This document shows, piece by piece, positions 21,224 to 31,872 of a stretch of 64,000 nucleotides of DNA (positions are counted from its first letter, which is position 1; each line of letters opens with the position of its first letter). Source of the DNA: a virus. The notes below the pieces were generated by a model. That model was not told the origin of the DNA and made no database searches. It saw only the letters and a program-made list of their open reading frames with translations. Location of the stretch: IMG/VR virus record IMGVR_UViG_2862962057_000001, positions 442 to 64,441 of that record, one strand, 5' to 3'. The translations under genes were made by a program, and so were the position numbers.

Positions 21224-22144
21224 TTACAAGAGTTCGTTTACTCGTTTTTGTACCGTAGCATAATCGTATCCGGCTTGAGTTAGACGCTGTTTACGCTCAT
21301 TTCCGTTACCCCACGTGCCTCGGATTACTTCACGTGCAAGCTCATCAACTGACTTTCTATAAGCTTTAACACCGAGAAGCTCATTAACCTTATTTTGCAC
21401 GCTCGCATAATCGTATCCGGCTGAAGTTAAACGCTGTTTACGCTCATTTCCGTTACCCCAAGCGCCGTTAATAACTTCTCGCGCCACCTCATCAATACTT
21501 GACGTGCGCGCAGCTTGGTCAGAGCCGCCGTTTTTATATCCGTTTAGGCCAGCGTTTTTAATAATGCTCGGATAATCCTTGTAAGCATAGTCCATGTCAA
21601 CTCTGCCGGCTACTCCAGGAACGCTGCCGTTTGACGAGTATTGCCAAAGACCATATGAGCCTTGATAATTGCAGTGCGTGTTCCACTGTGCTATCCACAA
21701 AGCGTAACGGTTTCTAACATGAGAGGACACAAGATTATTAGCAGTTGAAAGCGAAGTGTAAAAGCCTGCATAATACCCGTAAGTTTCCAGTTTGCTGCAA
21801 AAACTTGTAATCAGCGAATCGCAGAAAGCTCGCCCACGGTTAAGCTGGCTTTTTTCTTCTAAATCAAAGTAAATAGGATACTCAAAACTCTTACCTGAAA
21901 GCATGTTCACGCAGCTTTGAGCTTCCTCAGACGCTTCGCCTGCAGAGCTTGCGTACGAATACCAGTAGGCTCCCACGTCAAGACCGACTGTTTTTGCTTT
22001 ACGATAGTTCTGTTCAAACCACTTGTCTTTGCATCCAGTACCGTATCCTGCTCGAATGATCACAAACTCAACACCGGATGCTTTTACCGCGTTGAAATCA
22101 ATGTCACCCTGCCACTCTGACACGTCTATTCCTTTTTTACTCAT
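21224..22144 (-). CDS. Endolysin: GH25 muramidase with two Cpl-7 repeats
   Basis: GIDVSEWQG, DLEE and WQYSS motifs; two EVAREVI.G.WGNG.ERKQRLT.AGYDY repeats. Confidence 0.95.
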   Translation of the reverse strand: MSKKGIDVSEWQGDIDFNAVKASGVEFVIIRAGYGTGCKDKWFEQNYRKAKTVGLDVGAYWYSYASSAGEASEEAQSCVNMLSGKSFEYPIYFDLEEKSQLNRGRAFCDSLITSFCSKLETYGYYAGFYTSLSTANNLVSSHVRNRYALWIAQWNTHCNYQGSYGLWQYSSNGSVPGVAGRVDMDYAYKDYPSIIKNAGLNGYKNGGSDQAARTSSIDEVAREVINGAWGNGNERKQRLTSAGYDYASVQNKVNELLGVKAYRKSVDELAREVIRGTWGNGNERKQRLTQAGYDYATVQKRVNELL

Positions 22145-22556
22145 GAGTATTGTCCTTTCTGTTCTTGTCGTGTAATTGTTCTAAAACGTTTTTTAATTTC
22201 TCAGGCACGGGAAGCCCCAGGTGAGCCGCGTTTTCGGTTAAAGATAATCCTTCGTTAGATAGGTAGAAGAAAATTACTGCGGTTCTAATCACGCTTCCTT
22301 GTTTCAAAACATGAAAATCTATAATGTTTGCTATGCCAACAAGCATAAAAATGAGCACCTTTCTAAAAATGCCCTTAAAACCAATGCTGCTAGACAGTTT
22401 CTTATCCGTGACCGCACACATCACGCCTGTAATATAATCCGCAGCCACAAATAAAACGAGTGCGAGGATAAGCCCGTCGCACCCGCCTAAAAAGTATCCC
22501 AGCCAGCCGCCTACTAGTGTGAAAGCCAGCTGTAGTGTATTCCAAAATCCTCTCAT
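22137..22556 (-). CDS. Holin (toxin secretion/phage lysis holin family)
   Basis: DYITG...LSS.IGFKG...NEGLSLTENA..LGLPVP. Confidence 0.9.
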   Translation of the reverse strand: MRGFWNTLQLAFTLVGGWLGYFLGGCDGLILALVLFVAADYITGVMCAVTDKKLSSSIGFKGIFRKVLIFMLVGIANIIDFHVLKQGSVIRTAVIFFYLSNEGLSLTENAAHLGLPVPEKLKNVLEQLHDKNRKDNTHE

Positions 22557-22629
22557 AATTCTCCTTACAAGTTTTCCTAACATTTGCTAGTACTCTTATA
22601 AAAACAAAAAGTAAAAAGTAAAAAGTAAT

Positions 22630-22666
22630 AAAAAAGGGCAGGCATGGTTTAACCCACACCTGCCCT
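22630..22666 (-). terminator. Terminator-like hairpin between tail and lysis genes
   Basis: AGGGCAGG/CCTGCCCT stem plus U-run. Confidence 0.65.
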
Positions 22667-22719
22667 AACATTTCAGCATTTCAGTATTTCAACTGATATT
22701 ATTTTTCAACACATGACTA

Positions 22720-23034
22720 CTACTTAACACATTCTTCAGCATCTTCACCTTTCCCAGCCGTTTCATCTTTTTCGGCTTTTATTTTCAAAATCTCGTCGTT
22801 AAGTTCGCGTTCTCTAGAGTTAAAATAGTCTTCTAACTGTTTCACATACGCTTCATATTCCATCGAGTTTTCCGCGATCACCGCAGAACGCATATCAGAT
22901 AATACGCTTGCAACAATGCCTTCTATCATGTAAGTAGGTATTGGTATTTGCTTATTCAACTCGACTATTTTTTCGTTTAACTCAGCCTTATATTTTTGCA
23001 CAGCTACCGCGTAGCTAATTGTCGGTTTTACCAC
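22720..23034 (-). CDS. Hypothetical phage protein
   Basis: ORF in the tail operon with GGAGG SD. Confidence 0.65.
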   Translation of the reverse strand: MVKPTISYAVAVQKYKAELNEKIVELNKQIPIPTYMIEGIVASVLSDMRSAVIAENSMEYEAYVKQLEDYFNSRERELNDEILKIKAEKDETAGKGEDAEECVK

Positions 23035-23197
23035 TACTCTCCTCCAATCTTTTTAGAATAATATCCAGCTTGTGGCTGATTTCGCATAAAATTTTCGTAT
23101 TATCAACTACAGGTGTTGTAATACTTTCTGTCACGTCTTTTAAGCGCGTGCCTTTATTAGCCACTATTTTGTTTGTGTGAATAATTAGTTTCTCCAT
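23015..23197 (-). CDS. Hypothetical phage protein
   Basis: ORF with GGAG SD. Confidence 0.55.
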   Translation of the reverse strand: MEKLIIHTNKIVANKGTRLKDVTESITTPVVDNTKILCEISHKLDIILKRLEESSGKTDN

Positions 23198-23281
23198 AAC
23201 AAATTCTCCCTTTATTCTCCCTATAACAAATTCTCCTCAACGCTTCACTTAACGCTTCCACCCGCGTTCACTTCCGCGTTT

Positions 23282-26101
23282 TTAATAGTATTTAACTTTC
23301 ATGAGTATCCCGTTTTTAAACACCATGTGAGCGTTAGAACCCCATTTTGAAGCTTTCCCATCCTGGTTCATTTCAATAATCTGCACATAGTTAATATCCG
23401 CGTCTACTCCTGCACCGTCTTGCCAAACAGGATCTATAATCTTGTTACCATGCATGTAAAAGTTGCATCCAGCGTGAATACCATACTCTTTATAAATGCT
23501 TTGTGAACGTGAAAAACACAGCATAGTCGCGTATGTTTCTTCATCAGCTGATTTACGTTGCGCGAAAGCCATATACTTTCCGTCGTTAGTAAGATGAAAA
23601 ACTAGACCCTTGTGAGAATTATCTTCTTCCCACTCGCCGGTTCCAACATAGCCAATATACACGCCGTTACGGTAGAAGTTGTTTCCGTTTTTATCAAAAA
23701 CAGCTCTTTTATGATCCTCATCAACTTCACCATCGTAAAGTTCTATCTGCCCGGGTGTTATTTGCACGTATTTACTCGAATGGTTAAACCCGAGAAGGAA
23801 ACTGTTATAGTTTTGCTGCATGAAACTACCAAAATCACCTTTTTTAACCATTGAAGATATGGAATCTTCTACTATGGTTAGTTTAGAAATAGCCTTATCA
23901 GCCGTGGATTTAGCAGCCTCAATGTCTTTATCTTTAACTCTTGCCCAAGCGAACGTTCTAAAACTACTTATACTGTCAGCTGAAACGTAATGCCATAGTT
24001 TGCTTGTTCCAGCTTTATACGGGTGTTCAGACTCAGGATAATTTTCACCTTTAACCTCAATAATGTTAATATCTTCAGGCAGTTTAGACACGTATCCTGA
24101 AATTTCTCCTGAATACTCTTTTTTAATGCTATCAATCTTAAAACCATAATTGTCAAACGGAGACCAGTTAGTTCTAAAATGTAGCCAAAACTCGTTTGAT
24201 GGAACAAACACTGTTGCGCCAGAAATTTTTTCACCAGTTAAACCCGGTATAGCGTAAATTTTATCCTGATACTTGTAAAAAATGTCTACAAAATCGTCAA
24301 AAGCTGATTCCGTATGCGACTTCTCATTAAATTTTACGGCTAAACTTTCCTGCTTAACAATAAGCCTGTAAGCGTAGCCGGTTGACGTGTCGTAGAAAAA
24401 ATCACCAACATGCTGCATTTTTTCACTATCAGTCAGCCACAAGCTCATAGGAGCGTTAAAATGGCTTGGAGTATACGAACCGTAATAGTTACCGTTTTTC
24501 TGTTTAAGACTATGGTTAACGCTTTCAACACCAGCCTCAATCTTACCGTCTGTAACATTTAGTTTCGTGTTGATTTCACTTATCGTGTAATAGTTTTCAA
24601 GCCGCCTACCAGTGTCTTTTATAGCCTCGTTTTTTGCTTTACTAATCTGCTTTTCTACCTGGGAAGTGTAAGAAACTGAAAGTTTTTCCGCGTCAATCGA
24701 ATGTCCGATAATCCTGTCACCATACACCATGCCGTCAAGAGTCATCGCAGTACTGTAAGGGCCTGAAAAACCGTTATGGCTTCCAGCAATACCATTCATG
24801 TTAACCTGTAAAACTTTTGTAGCAGTGTTCTTATCAGGCGTATCCATGTAAAGGTCACGAACCCACATGCCTTTACTATCGTATTCGCTTATCTTATAGC
24901 CGCTTTGAGAATTACCCATTTGCGCTTTAATATTATCGATCGCAGCTTTAACACGCTCGTTGTCTATTTTTCTAGCTTCAACCGCTTCTTCTTTTAACGT
25001 TTGAACAGCATGCGACACGTTTTGCACATACCCTTTAGAAATCCTGCTCGCAAGCACGATTCTAACTTCGCCTGGTTTTTGAATCGGTATAGTCTGTTTT
25101 ACTACAGGAAACACTCGGTCCATGCCAAATTGTGGAGCGAGGCAACGAACCCTATCCCCACACTTAATCGTCGCATAATGTAAACCTAACTCGGATAAGT
25201 CAACCGCGCTAAGGCTTATTTCTACATGCTCAAACTGGTTATCCTGTAACCATTTAGTAGCTTTGCGCATAAGATTAGTTGGGACTGTCACATTATTGAA
25301 ATTAACAACTTTACAAACCCAGCCGAATGTTTTTTGCGCTTCGCGAGATACTATATAGTTTTTCCCATTGTTTATTGAAGTAATATCAACATGCTTTTTA
25401 AGAACCTCGTTTTCACTATTCTCGTTTTCCAACTCTTTGCCGAGAGGAATAACCGCTGTAGTAACATCCTCTGCTGAAAGGTTTTCCGCGTATTCAAGCA
25501 GGTTTAAGCCGAAACTAATATGCTGGCTTGTAGCTTTACCTATTTCCTCCAAATGCAGGTAGTCTAAGTAAAGTTTCCCGTCTTCTTTTCTAAGACGTAA
25601 ATATCCGCCAAGTTTTTCAACCATTTTTCCCATGATCGCTTCAAGCGTGGTTTCAAAATTAGTAAACCTGTAGAGTGAATCATTCGAGTCAGATACTGTG
25701 ACGAAACCAATTCTTATTTTCTTATAATCATCTACTTGACTGTTATGAGCTTGTAAAAGTTTTTCTAAAAGCTGGTAGGAACTCTGATCATGGTATTCTT
25801 TCTGAGGTTGAATACTATCAGCTAAGTAAGTTAACAACCCTACGCAAGTTACTTTCTTACTACCATACAAGTTTTTTACTTGTTCTCTAACCTCGCCGAA
25901 GAAAATCTCCTCATCGTCACGCCACACGCTTACTATTGATTTCCGGTTTTTAATAAGCTCATAGCAAGGGTTTTGACTCGGGCAAGTAAACGTTAACGTT
26001 CCTGCAGTATTAAGCTCCAAGTTTAACGTGATATCATCAAGTACCGCTTTGTCATCATTTGGATAGTAAATCGTATTATTATCAAGCATGATCCTGTACA
26101 C
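23282..26101 (-). CDS. Tail spike/Tal-like protein (prophage endopeptidase tail family)
   Basis: Follows Dit; FGLNL...TAVIPLG motif; 939 aa. Confidence 0.85.
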   Translation of the reverse strand: MYRIMLDNNTIYYPNDDKAVLDDITLNLELNTAGTLTFTCPSQNPCYELIKNRKSIVSVWRDDEEIFFGEVREQVKNLYGSKKVTCVGLLTYLADSIQPQKEYHDQSSYQLLEKLLQAHNSQVDDYKKIRIGFVTVSDSNDSLYRFTNFETTLEAIMGKMVEKLGGYLRLRKEDGKLYLDYLHLEEIGKATSQHISFGLNLLEYAENLSAEDVTTAVIPLGKELENENSENEVLKKHVDITSINNGKNYIVSREAQKTFGWVCKVVNFNNVTVPTNLMRKATKWLQDNQFEHVEISLSAVDLSELGLHYATIKCGDRVRCLAPQFGMDRVFPVVKQTIPIQKPGEVRIVLASRISKGYVQNVSHAVQTLKEEAVEARKIDNERVKAAIDNIKAQMGNSQSGYKISEYDSKGMWVRDLYMDTPDKNTATKVLQVNMNGIAGSHNGFSGPYSTAMTLDGMVYGDRIIGHSIDAEKLSVSYTSQVEKQISKAKNEAIKDTGRRLENYYTISEINTKLNVTDGKIEAGVESVNHSLKQKNGNYYGSYTPSHFNAPMSLWLTDSEKMQHVGDFFYDTSTGYAYRLIVKQESLAVKFNEKSHTESAFDDFVDIFYKYQDKIYAIPGLTGEKISGATVFVPSNEFWLHFRTNWSPFDNYGFKIDSIKKEYSGEISGYVSKLPEDINIIEVKGENYPESEHPYKAGTSKLWHYVSADSISSFRTFAWARVKDKDIEAAKSTADKAISKLTIVEDSISSMVKKGDFGSFMQQNYNSFLLGFNHSSKYVQITPGQIELYDGEVDEDHKRAVFDKNGNNFYRNGVYIGYVGTGEWEEDNSHKGLVFHLTNDGKYMAFAQRKSADEETYATMLCFSRSQSIYKEYGIHAGCNFYMHGNKIIDPVWQDGAGVDADINYVQIIEMNQDGKASKWGSNAHMVFKNGILMKVKYY

Positions 26102-26773
26102 TCACAACCACCCCCTTTTATAGGAAATATTTACCATCCCGTTTCCAACGAATGTTAAACTCATGTTTGTTTTTGAACGAAGCTGTGGGAAACGGTTAAC
26201 GCCTGTTTTAATCTCATAGTTTTTACCATTAGAATCCAGTAGCATACTGTTAGATGACAGGTTGTTAAATTCTGGGATCAGTGTCATGTCAAAATCGTGA
26301 ACGAGTGTTATTTCACGCTTATCATCTACTTGCATACCCCATATTGTGTGAACCCCATCCGAATCATCTACACTATACTTATATGGCTGCAGCTTATAGT
26401 TGAGTGTGAGAGTTGAATAGTTTTTATCCGATTTAAAATCACTAACCCACATTCGACCCTGATAGTAGAACAATGGTTCATCATCAAGAGACAGTTTCAC
26501 ACTCTTGCCGTGGATTAACGTTTTAACACTATGGCATGTTTCACTCCACTTGTTTTTGTTTGCAACAATGAATTCAAAACAGCCTTCACGCATCTCGTAT
26601 AACACTTCACCGGCAAGACTTTCACTAATATCAATACTTTCCTGCCTGCCTGGTATTTGCAAATACTCTAATTTGGGTTCTGGAAGTTGAACGCGTGGAC
26701 GGCTTGTAGCAACAAGCCCTAGATCGTTAAAACTATGCAACCCGTTTATTAGCATCCCATACACTTTTACCAC
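26102..26773 (-). CDS. Distal tail protein (Dit)
   Basis: Follows the TMP; IPGR...D.SE.L.G and DDEP.FYY.GR. Confidence 0.8.
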   Translation of the reverse strand: MVKVYGMLINGLHSFNDLGLVATSRPRVQLPEPKLEYLQIPGRQESIDISESLAGEVLYEMREGCFEFIVANKNKWSETCHSVKTLIHGKSVKLSLDDEPLFYYQGRMWVSDFKSDKNYSTLTLNYKLQPYKYSVDDSDGVHTIWGMQVDDKREITLVHDFDMTLIPEFNNLSSNSMLLDSNGKNYEIKTGVNRFPQLRSKTNMSLTFVGNGMVNISYKRGWL

Positions 26774-29334
26774 CCCCTTGTTTTTCTTGTTTGAAGCTTG
26801 AAAAGCTCACTGTCCATCCTGTGCGCGATACCACCCACTAGTTCGCCAGTGTCGAGCACAATACTCTGGTTGGAAAACTGTGGGAAATACGCGTCCATAA
26901 TCGCTAGAATCTGGTTCATAACACTAAGCATTTGCGTGTTCGCTCCCGCGCTCATATTCTGCAAAGTATCAAGCCCCATGATCACTTCGGGACCTTTTTC
27001 ACCGCCGCCAAGCATACGCCCGTTTTTCTCACCGAAAATAGTCGCCCCGTTTAACAGCATTGGCTTGTTCATTGCTTTCTTATACCAGTCGATAGCAAGA
27101 TACGGTACAGACGGTGGCGTAAGAGAGAATTGTCCTTTAATACTAAAATGCGGCAGTTTAATATGAGGAAGACTGAGTTTTATGTTAGAGAAAAACCCTG
27201 TTATAGCGTCGATTACTGCTTTAACCTTGTTTTTCGCAGCTTCTATTGGAGTGATGATAGCGTTTTTAATACCATTCCAAACTGACACAACCGTGTTTTT
27301 AATACCGTTAAACACAGACTTAACCATGTTTGCTACTGAATTAAACACTGTTGAAATGCTTGTTTTAATACCGTTTACCACGCTCATGATCGCGGTTTTA
27401 ATACCATTCCAAACGCTTGTTGCCGTGTTTTTAATACCGTTTAAAACGTTAGTGAAAAACGATACGATACTATTCCAAACGTTCATGAAAAAGTTTTTCA
27501 CACTCGACCACAGTTTGTTCCAACTAGTGCCAAAGAAAGACAAAAACACGTTAAAAACGTTTTTTAACGTGTTCAATACTGTTATGAACGTGTTTTTAAC
27601 CGCGTTCCAAACAGCAGTAAAAATTTCTTTTACGCCATTCCAAAGCTGAGACCAGTTACCGGTAAACAAGCCTATAAAAACGTCTAAAACGCCTGTGATT
27701 AAATCAAGAACGGTTTTGAAACTAGTAAAACTTAAATTTAAAGCGCCTTCAAACAGTGGAGCTAGAATAGCACACAAACCATTCCACACTGTTTTAAGCC
27801 CTTCAACAATACTCGTGAAATCAATACCAAGGCTTGACAGTTTTTCTTTAACACCATTAACAAAACCGGTGAAAGTTTCCTTGATTTTCTCCCAAACAGC
27901 AATAACACTGTTTCTAAACTCTTCGTTAGTGTTCCATAAGGTTACAAAAGCTGCTACCAGAACACCAATAACCGCAACAACCGCGAGTATTGGCGCGGAT
28001 ACTCCACCTAAAACAGCGCCTAACCCTTCAAGAATGCTAGAGCCGGAAGTAAAACTTGCGAACATTTTACCTATAAACAAAGCTAGTTTAGAAAACCCTT
28101 GTATAGCAACACCTATTTTAGAAATACACGTTCCAAGAACCACTAAAAAAGGGCCGACTGCCGCAGCAATCAGCCCAAGTGTCACTATAAGTTTTTGGCT
28201 TTCTGGAGAAAGCTGTTTAAATTTAGAAAGCCATGCTGATATTTTCTGCATTAATGGTGTTATGACGGGAAGTAAAACATTACCAATAGTCGCAGCAATA
28301 TTCTGCAACTCTGTTTTTAGAATCTTCATAGAACCCGAAGCGCCCGCGGCTTCACGCCCAGCCTGCCCTTGAGCGTCAGCAGTCTGCTCCATAATAAGAG
28401 CCAAAGTAGCAGCCTGTTTCGCTTGCAAGCTCATCGCGCCTCTACCATCATGCAAACCCATGGCAAGAGCTTTAGCTTTAATAGTCGCCTCGTTAACACC
28501 CATACCATAATTGTCAAGCATCGCATTATTACCTTTAAGCGCGCCTGTTAAAGCAAGAACAGCAGACTCGGTTGTGCCACCAAACATAGCAGACAAGTCG
28601 CCTGCAAGAGCAACCAGCTTCTGACTCATCTCGGCTGCTTCAGCATCACTTTTCCCACCAATATTTTTCAACATCGCGCCCATAGTATTCGCATACTCTA
28701 AAGCTTGACCTTGAGCAATACCATAATAGGATTTCAAACTTCCTGACCATTTAAGCATCTTGTTAGCAGACTTACCGTAAATCTGCTCTGTCGCACCCAT
28801 AGCATCCTGTAAGTCTGCTGCAGCAGTAAAACCAGCAGTACCAATAGCAGCAATCGGCAGCGTAACTTTCGTGCTTAAACTTTGACCAAGAGATGACATA
28901 CCATCTCCTAGTTTCTTTATCTTTTTACTCGTACTATCAAACTGGCTACTAAGCTTGGTTAAACTAACACTACCTACCTGTTTTAATTTTTCTTTTAAAC
29001 TATCAAGATTATTTTCTGTTTCAACAATCTCACGCTGCAACGCATCATACTTGTCTTTACCAAGCTCCCCGTTTTCCAACTGTACTTTAGCCTGCTTATC
29101 CGCCTGTTTCAAAACGTTAAGCTTATTAGACGTTTCTTGGATTTCTTTCTGCAAAAAAGCCTGTTTTTGGCTTAGAAGCTGCGTGCTTGTCGGATCAAGT
29201 TTCAAAAGCCTATTAACATCACGAAGCGACTGTTCGGTTGAGCGAATAGTCGAATTCACCTGTTGTAAAGACTTATCTAAGCCTGTAGTATCCCCACCAA
29301 TTTCAACAGTAATACCTTTAATCCTGTTTGCCAT
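26767..29334 (-). CDS. Tape measure protein
   Basis: MANRIKGITVEIGGDTTGL start; periodic Trp/Phe repeats. Confidence 0.92.
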   Translation of the reverse strand: MANRIKGITVEIGGDTTGLDKSLQQVNSTIRSTEQSLRDVNRLLKLDPTSTQLLSQKQAFLQKEIQETSNKLNVLKQADKQAKVQLENGELGKDKYDALQREIVETENNLDSLKEKLKQVGSVSLTKLSSQFDSTSKKIKKLGDGMSSLGQSLSTKVTLPIAAIGTAGFTAAADLQDAMGATEQIYGKSANKMLKWSGSLKSYYGIAQGQALEYANTMGAMLKNIGGKSDAEAAEMSQKLVALAGDLSAMFGGTTESAVLALTGALKGNNAMLDNYGMGVNEATIKAKALAMGLHDGRGAMSLQAKQAATLALIMEQTADAQGQAGREAAGASGSMKILKTELQNIAATIGNVLLPVITPLMQKISAWLSKFKQLSPESQKLIVTLGLIAAAVGPFLVVLGTCISKIGVAIQGFSKLALFIGKMFASFTSGSSILEGLGAVLGGVSAPILAVVAVIGVLVAAFVTLWNTNEEFRNSVIAVWEKIKETFTGFVNGVKEKLSSLGIDFTSIVEGLKTVWNGLCAILAPLFEGALNLSFTSFKTVLDLITGVLDVFIGLFTGNWSQLWNGVKEIFTAVWNAVKNTFITVLNTLKNVFNVFLSFFGTSWNKLWSSVKNFFMNVWNSIVSFFTNVLNGIKNTATSVWNGIKTAIMSVVNGIKTSISTVFNSVANMVKSVFNGIKNTVVSVWNGIKNAIITPIEAAKNKVKAVIDAITGFFSNIKLSLPHIKLPHFSIKGQFSLTPPSVPYLAIDWYKKAMNKPMLLNGATIFGEKNGRMLGGGEKGPEVIMGLDTLQNMSAGANTQMLSVMNQILAIMDAYFPQFSNQSIVLDTGELVGGIAHRMDSELFKLQTRKTRGW

Positions 29335-29424
29335 AACTTCACCTCCCTTTTCTTTCTTAATTTACGCGTGAAAAAATTCAGATTTTCTGTTTAATACCGC
29401 ATTGTGAGAATGTTTGGTTCTCGT

Positions 29425-29951
29425 TTAGAACCTGTCAAATTCTGTTTGGCTTGCGAGCTTATCGTATTTCACACTATCGTTTGCTTTCTCCGTCCACATG
29501 TCTAAAACCATGCCGATGGTTAAAAGATCCAGTTCGCAAATACTAATCCCGATTTCTGTGCATCTAAGAAGAAACAACGCGGTTGTCATTTGCCGTGTTG
29601 TTGTTTTAAATTTTTTTTAGATTTTACTTCAGTTTCCAAGTTTGCTCCCCAAAGTTCTAGAATTTCAGGAAGAATCTCGTAGATAGAAAACATTTCAAAC
29701 TCGTCAAGCCACTCATCAATACTCGCTGGAATACTATTATCCGCGTGATAAGCCATGATATAAGCCACGTTTTCAAAAATTTCAAGATCTGCTATTTCAA
29801 AAACACCCTCGTTGATTTTAAACGACTGCTCTAATTTTGACAGGTCTTTGAAAATATCACGCTTGAATTTAATACGATACAATCTTGGAATAGTGGCTGA
29901 AGAACGAAACTTCACGTCTTTACCATTTACTTTTACTGTTTTTTCTAACAC
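29425..29951 (-). CDS. Tail assembly chaperone (29586-29951) with a -1 frameshift extension to 29425
   Basis: A8 run at 29611-29618; the -1 frame continues MTTALFLLRCTEIG...EFDRF*. Confidence 0.8.
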
Positions 29952-29968
29952 GTTTACCCCTTTAAAAC

Positions 29969-30541
29969 TTATTTGATTTCCGCGTTAGCCTGCGGAACAT
30001 ACACGCTCTTATACCAGTTCTCATAGGTTTCTTTTGAAGTAGTGTCACCGCTACGGGATTTCACCAAACCATCTTCTCTAGGATCAGCCGTAAGCGACAA
30101 AGTTTCCGTACCCGGTTCTATAGTGTCTTCCTTAGTTTCTGACTCAATAGACGGTCGTGTTGCTGAACAGTTATATAAAACGTGTCTGATCGCGTTCACG
30201 TCACCATCAAACTCAAACAGGAGCGCGAATTTTTCTGTTTCACTAATCTTCGCGTTCTCAACCAGCACACCATTTTTATCTAGTTCTTCTCTCAGTATTT
30301 CCGTCCTAAACCATTCAGGTATAAGAGCAATTTCCAAGTCGCCACTGTAACCGTTGTTCGCAGTCGACCTGAAGTAAACAATCCCGTCAGCGTAAAACGG
30401 TGAGGATTCACCCTCAGCCTCAAGGCTTATACTCACCGCCCCCGGAATCGGCTTAGGCTCACCGTAGGAGAAACCACTCGAATCTTTTTTAAGTTTTGCC
30501 GCATACACGTTTTTCAGATTGTATTTAACCTTGTTTCCCAT
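29969..30541 (-). CDS. Major tail protein (phi13 family)
   Basis: NKVKYNLKNV, FYADG, NNGYSGDLEIA and FALLFEFDGD motifs. Confidence 0.9.
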   Translation of the reverse strand: MGNKVKYNLKNVYAAKLKKDSSGFSYGEPKPIPGAVSISLEAEGESSPFYADGIVYFRSTANNGYSGDLEIALIPEWFRTEILREELDKNGVLVENAKISETEKFALLFEFDGDVNAIRHVLYNCSATRPSIESETKEDTIEPGTETLSLTADPREDGLVKSRSGDTTSKETYENWYKSVYVPQANAEIK

Positions 30542-30863
30542 TTATTGTTACCTCCATTTCAAAAATGTAGAGTGTTTCATAAAGCTGTTCCGACTCTATG
30601 AACGCTTCTGTTTTGTTATAAAAAATGCCGTGCCTATCAAGCACGGCCTCAACTTGTTCTTCCAGCACGGGGTTCTTATAGTCCGCGTATAGTTCAATAT
30701 GAACTTCGTTTGCTTTAAAATACGTTTTCCCGTCTGCCGCAAAATTACTGCTCGCAGGCGTTAAAAACAGAAGAAAAGGCGGATTAGGTGATTCTCCCTC
30801 AGCAAAATGGTGATAGGCGAAAGGAAAACCTATCTCCCTCATAATGTTTAAAAGATTACCCAT
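30525..30863 (-). CDS. Tail terminator/completion protein
   Basis: Synteny; PFAYHHF...IELY. Confidence 0.7.
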   Translation of the reverse strand: MGNLLNIMREIGFPFAYHHFAEGESPNPPFLLFLTPASSNFAADGKTYFKANEVHIELYADYKNPVLEEQVEAVLDRHGIFYNKTEAFIESEQLYETLYIFEMEVTINGKQG

Positions 30864-31236
30864 TTTTAACCGCCTCCTCTATTTCTTTTTCAAAACTTCG
30901 TACCGCTTTACTTTCAGCCTCAGCAATGTGTGCTCTAGCTTCCACGCGTCCGCCGCCTCGTTTAGCATGCCCGTACTCTAACAAGTGTGTAAGCTGATAC
31001 TTGTTTCTAGAATGCACTACGAGAACTAGCCTGCTGCCTGTTTCGCTTAATGTTTTAACAGCCCAACTTTTCGCATACGCTCCAGTTCGTTTAGGAGCTG
31101 TCATGTTAATTTCTTCTTTTGCTGTTCTACCAGCGTTTTTTACTGCTTCTTTTACTTTCCCGGTCGTAACTTTCGCGTAAGTTTTAAGCTCTCTAATAAC
31201 TTCTTTAGAGAGGCTGCCAATACTTACTTTGCTCAC
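30856..31236 (-). CDS. HK97 gp10 family protein
   Basis: APKRTG.YAKSW...HLLEYGH. Confidence 0.85.
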   Translation of the reverse strand: MSKVSIGSLSKEVIRELKTYAKVTTGKVKEAVKNAGRTAKEEINMTAPKRTGAYAKSWAVKTLSETGSRLVLVVHSRNKYQLTHLLEYGHAKRGGGRVEARAHIAEAESKAVRSFEKEIEEAVKNG

Positions 31237-31565
31237 TTTTTACACCTCTTACAATGAAGTTTCAGGCTTTTCTTCTTATAATTCATGTGGTCAACACCTA
31301 AAATCTCATAAAACGTATCATGGAAAATAATCCTGTAACCAAGCGATGAGACTACAGCTGTTTCTTTCGAATAGCGGATAGTAAAATCTATTTTTGACTC
31401 ATCCCACACGTTTCCTGCATTAGTCTGCTCAGATGGGCTTTCAGCACTTACCGTCGCGTAACACTCGTAATATTTACTCCACTTAATCTTATGGTTACCA
31501 ATATCATCAATTTCAACACTGTTTTTAAGCAGCACAATACGCTCGTTTAATAAGCCTATTCTCAT
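31233..31565 (-). CDS. Head closure / head-tail adaptor
   Basis: LNERI...DDIGN...FTIRY. Confidence 0.85.
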   Translation of the reverse strand: MRIGLLNERIVLLKNSVEIDDIGNHKIKWSKYYECYATVSAESPSEQTNAGNVWDESKIDFTIRYSKETAVVSSLGYRIIFHDTFYEILGVDHMNYKKKSLKLHCKRCKK

Positions 31566-31844
31566 TTAAAACCCCGTTTTTCTAACAGTAAAAAGCATCG
31601 AACGTAAAGTGAGCATAAGCGCGTGGTGGTCTGCTTCTTCCCGATGCTCATACAAGTAGCCTGTAGCGTATAAGACTGCGAGCCGATACTCGTCAAAGTT
31701 TTCACTAATCAAACTAGTATCGTTTTTACGAGCTACTCCCTGGCAGAGTTTTTCAGCAGAATGAATAAGGGTGTTGATAAGCTCATCATCTTCTCTACTA
31801 TCCACCCTAAGATAGTTTTTTGCTTCCTCAACTGTAACTATCAT
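31566..31844 (-). CDS. Head-tail connector (gp6-like)
   Basis: EEAKNYLRVD..EDD.LI...LYEHRE. Confidence 0.88.
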   Translation of the reverse strand: MIVTVEEAKNYLRVDSREDDELINTLIHSAEKLCQGVARKNDTSLISENFDEYRLAVLYATGYLYEHREEADHHALMLTLRSMLFTVRKTGF

Positions 31845-31872
31845 CAACACCCCTCCTTAAACCATCTTTTTT

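Noticed and set aside
23282..26101. Diversity-generating retroelement or invertible tail locus
   Set aside because: No reverse transcriptase, template/variable repeat pair or inverted tail cassettes were seen
26798..29371. Plus-strand ORFs opposite the tape measure gene, and similar shadows across the phage
   Set aside because: They mirror the codon bias of the real genes and have no recognisable domains
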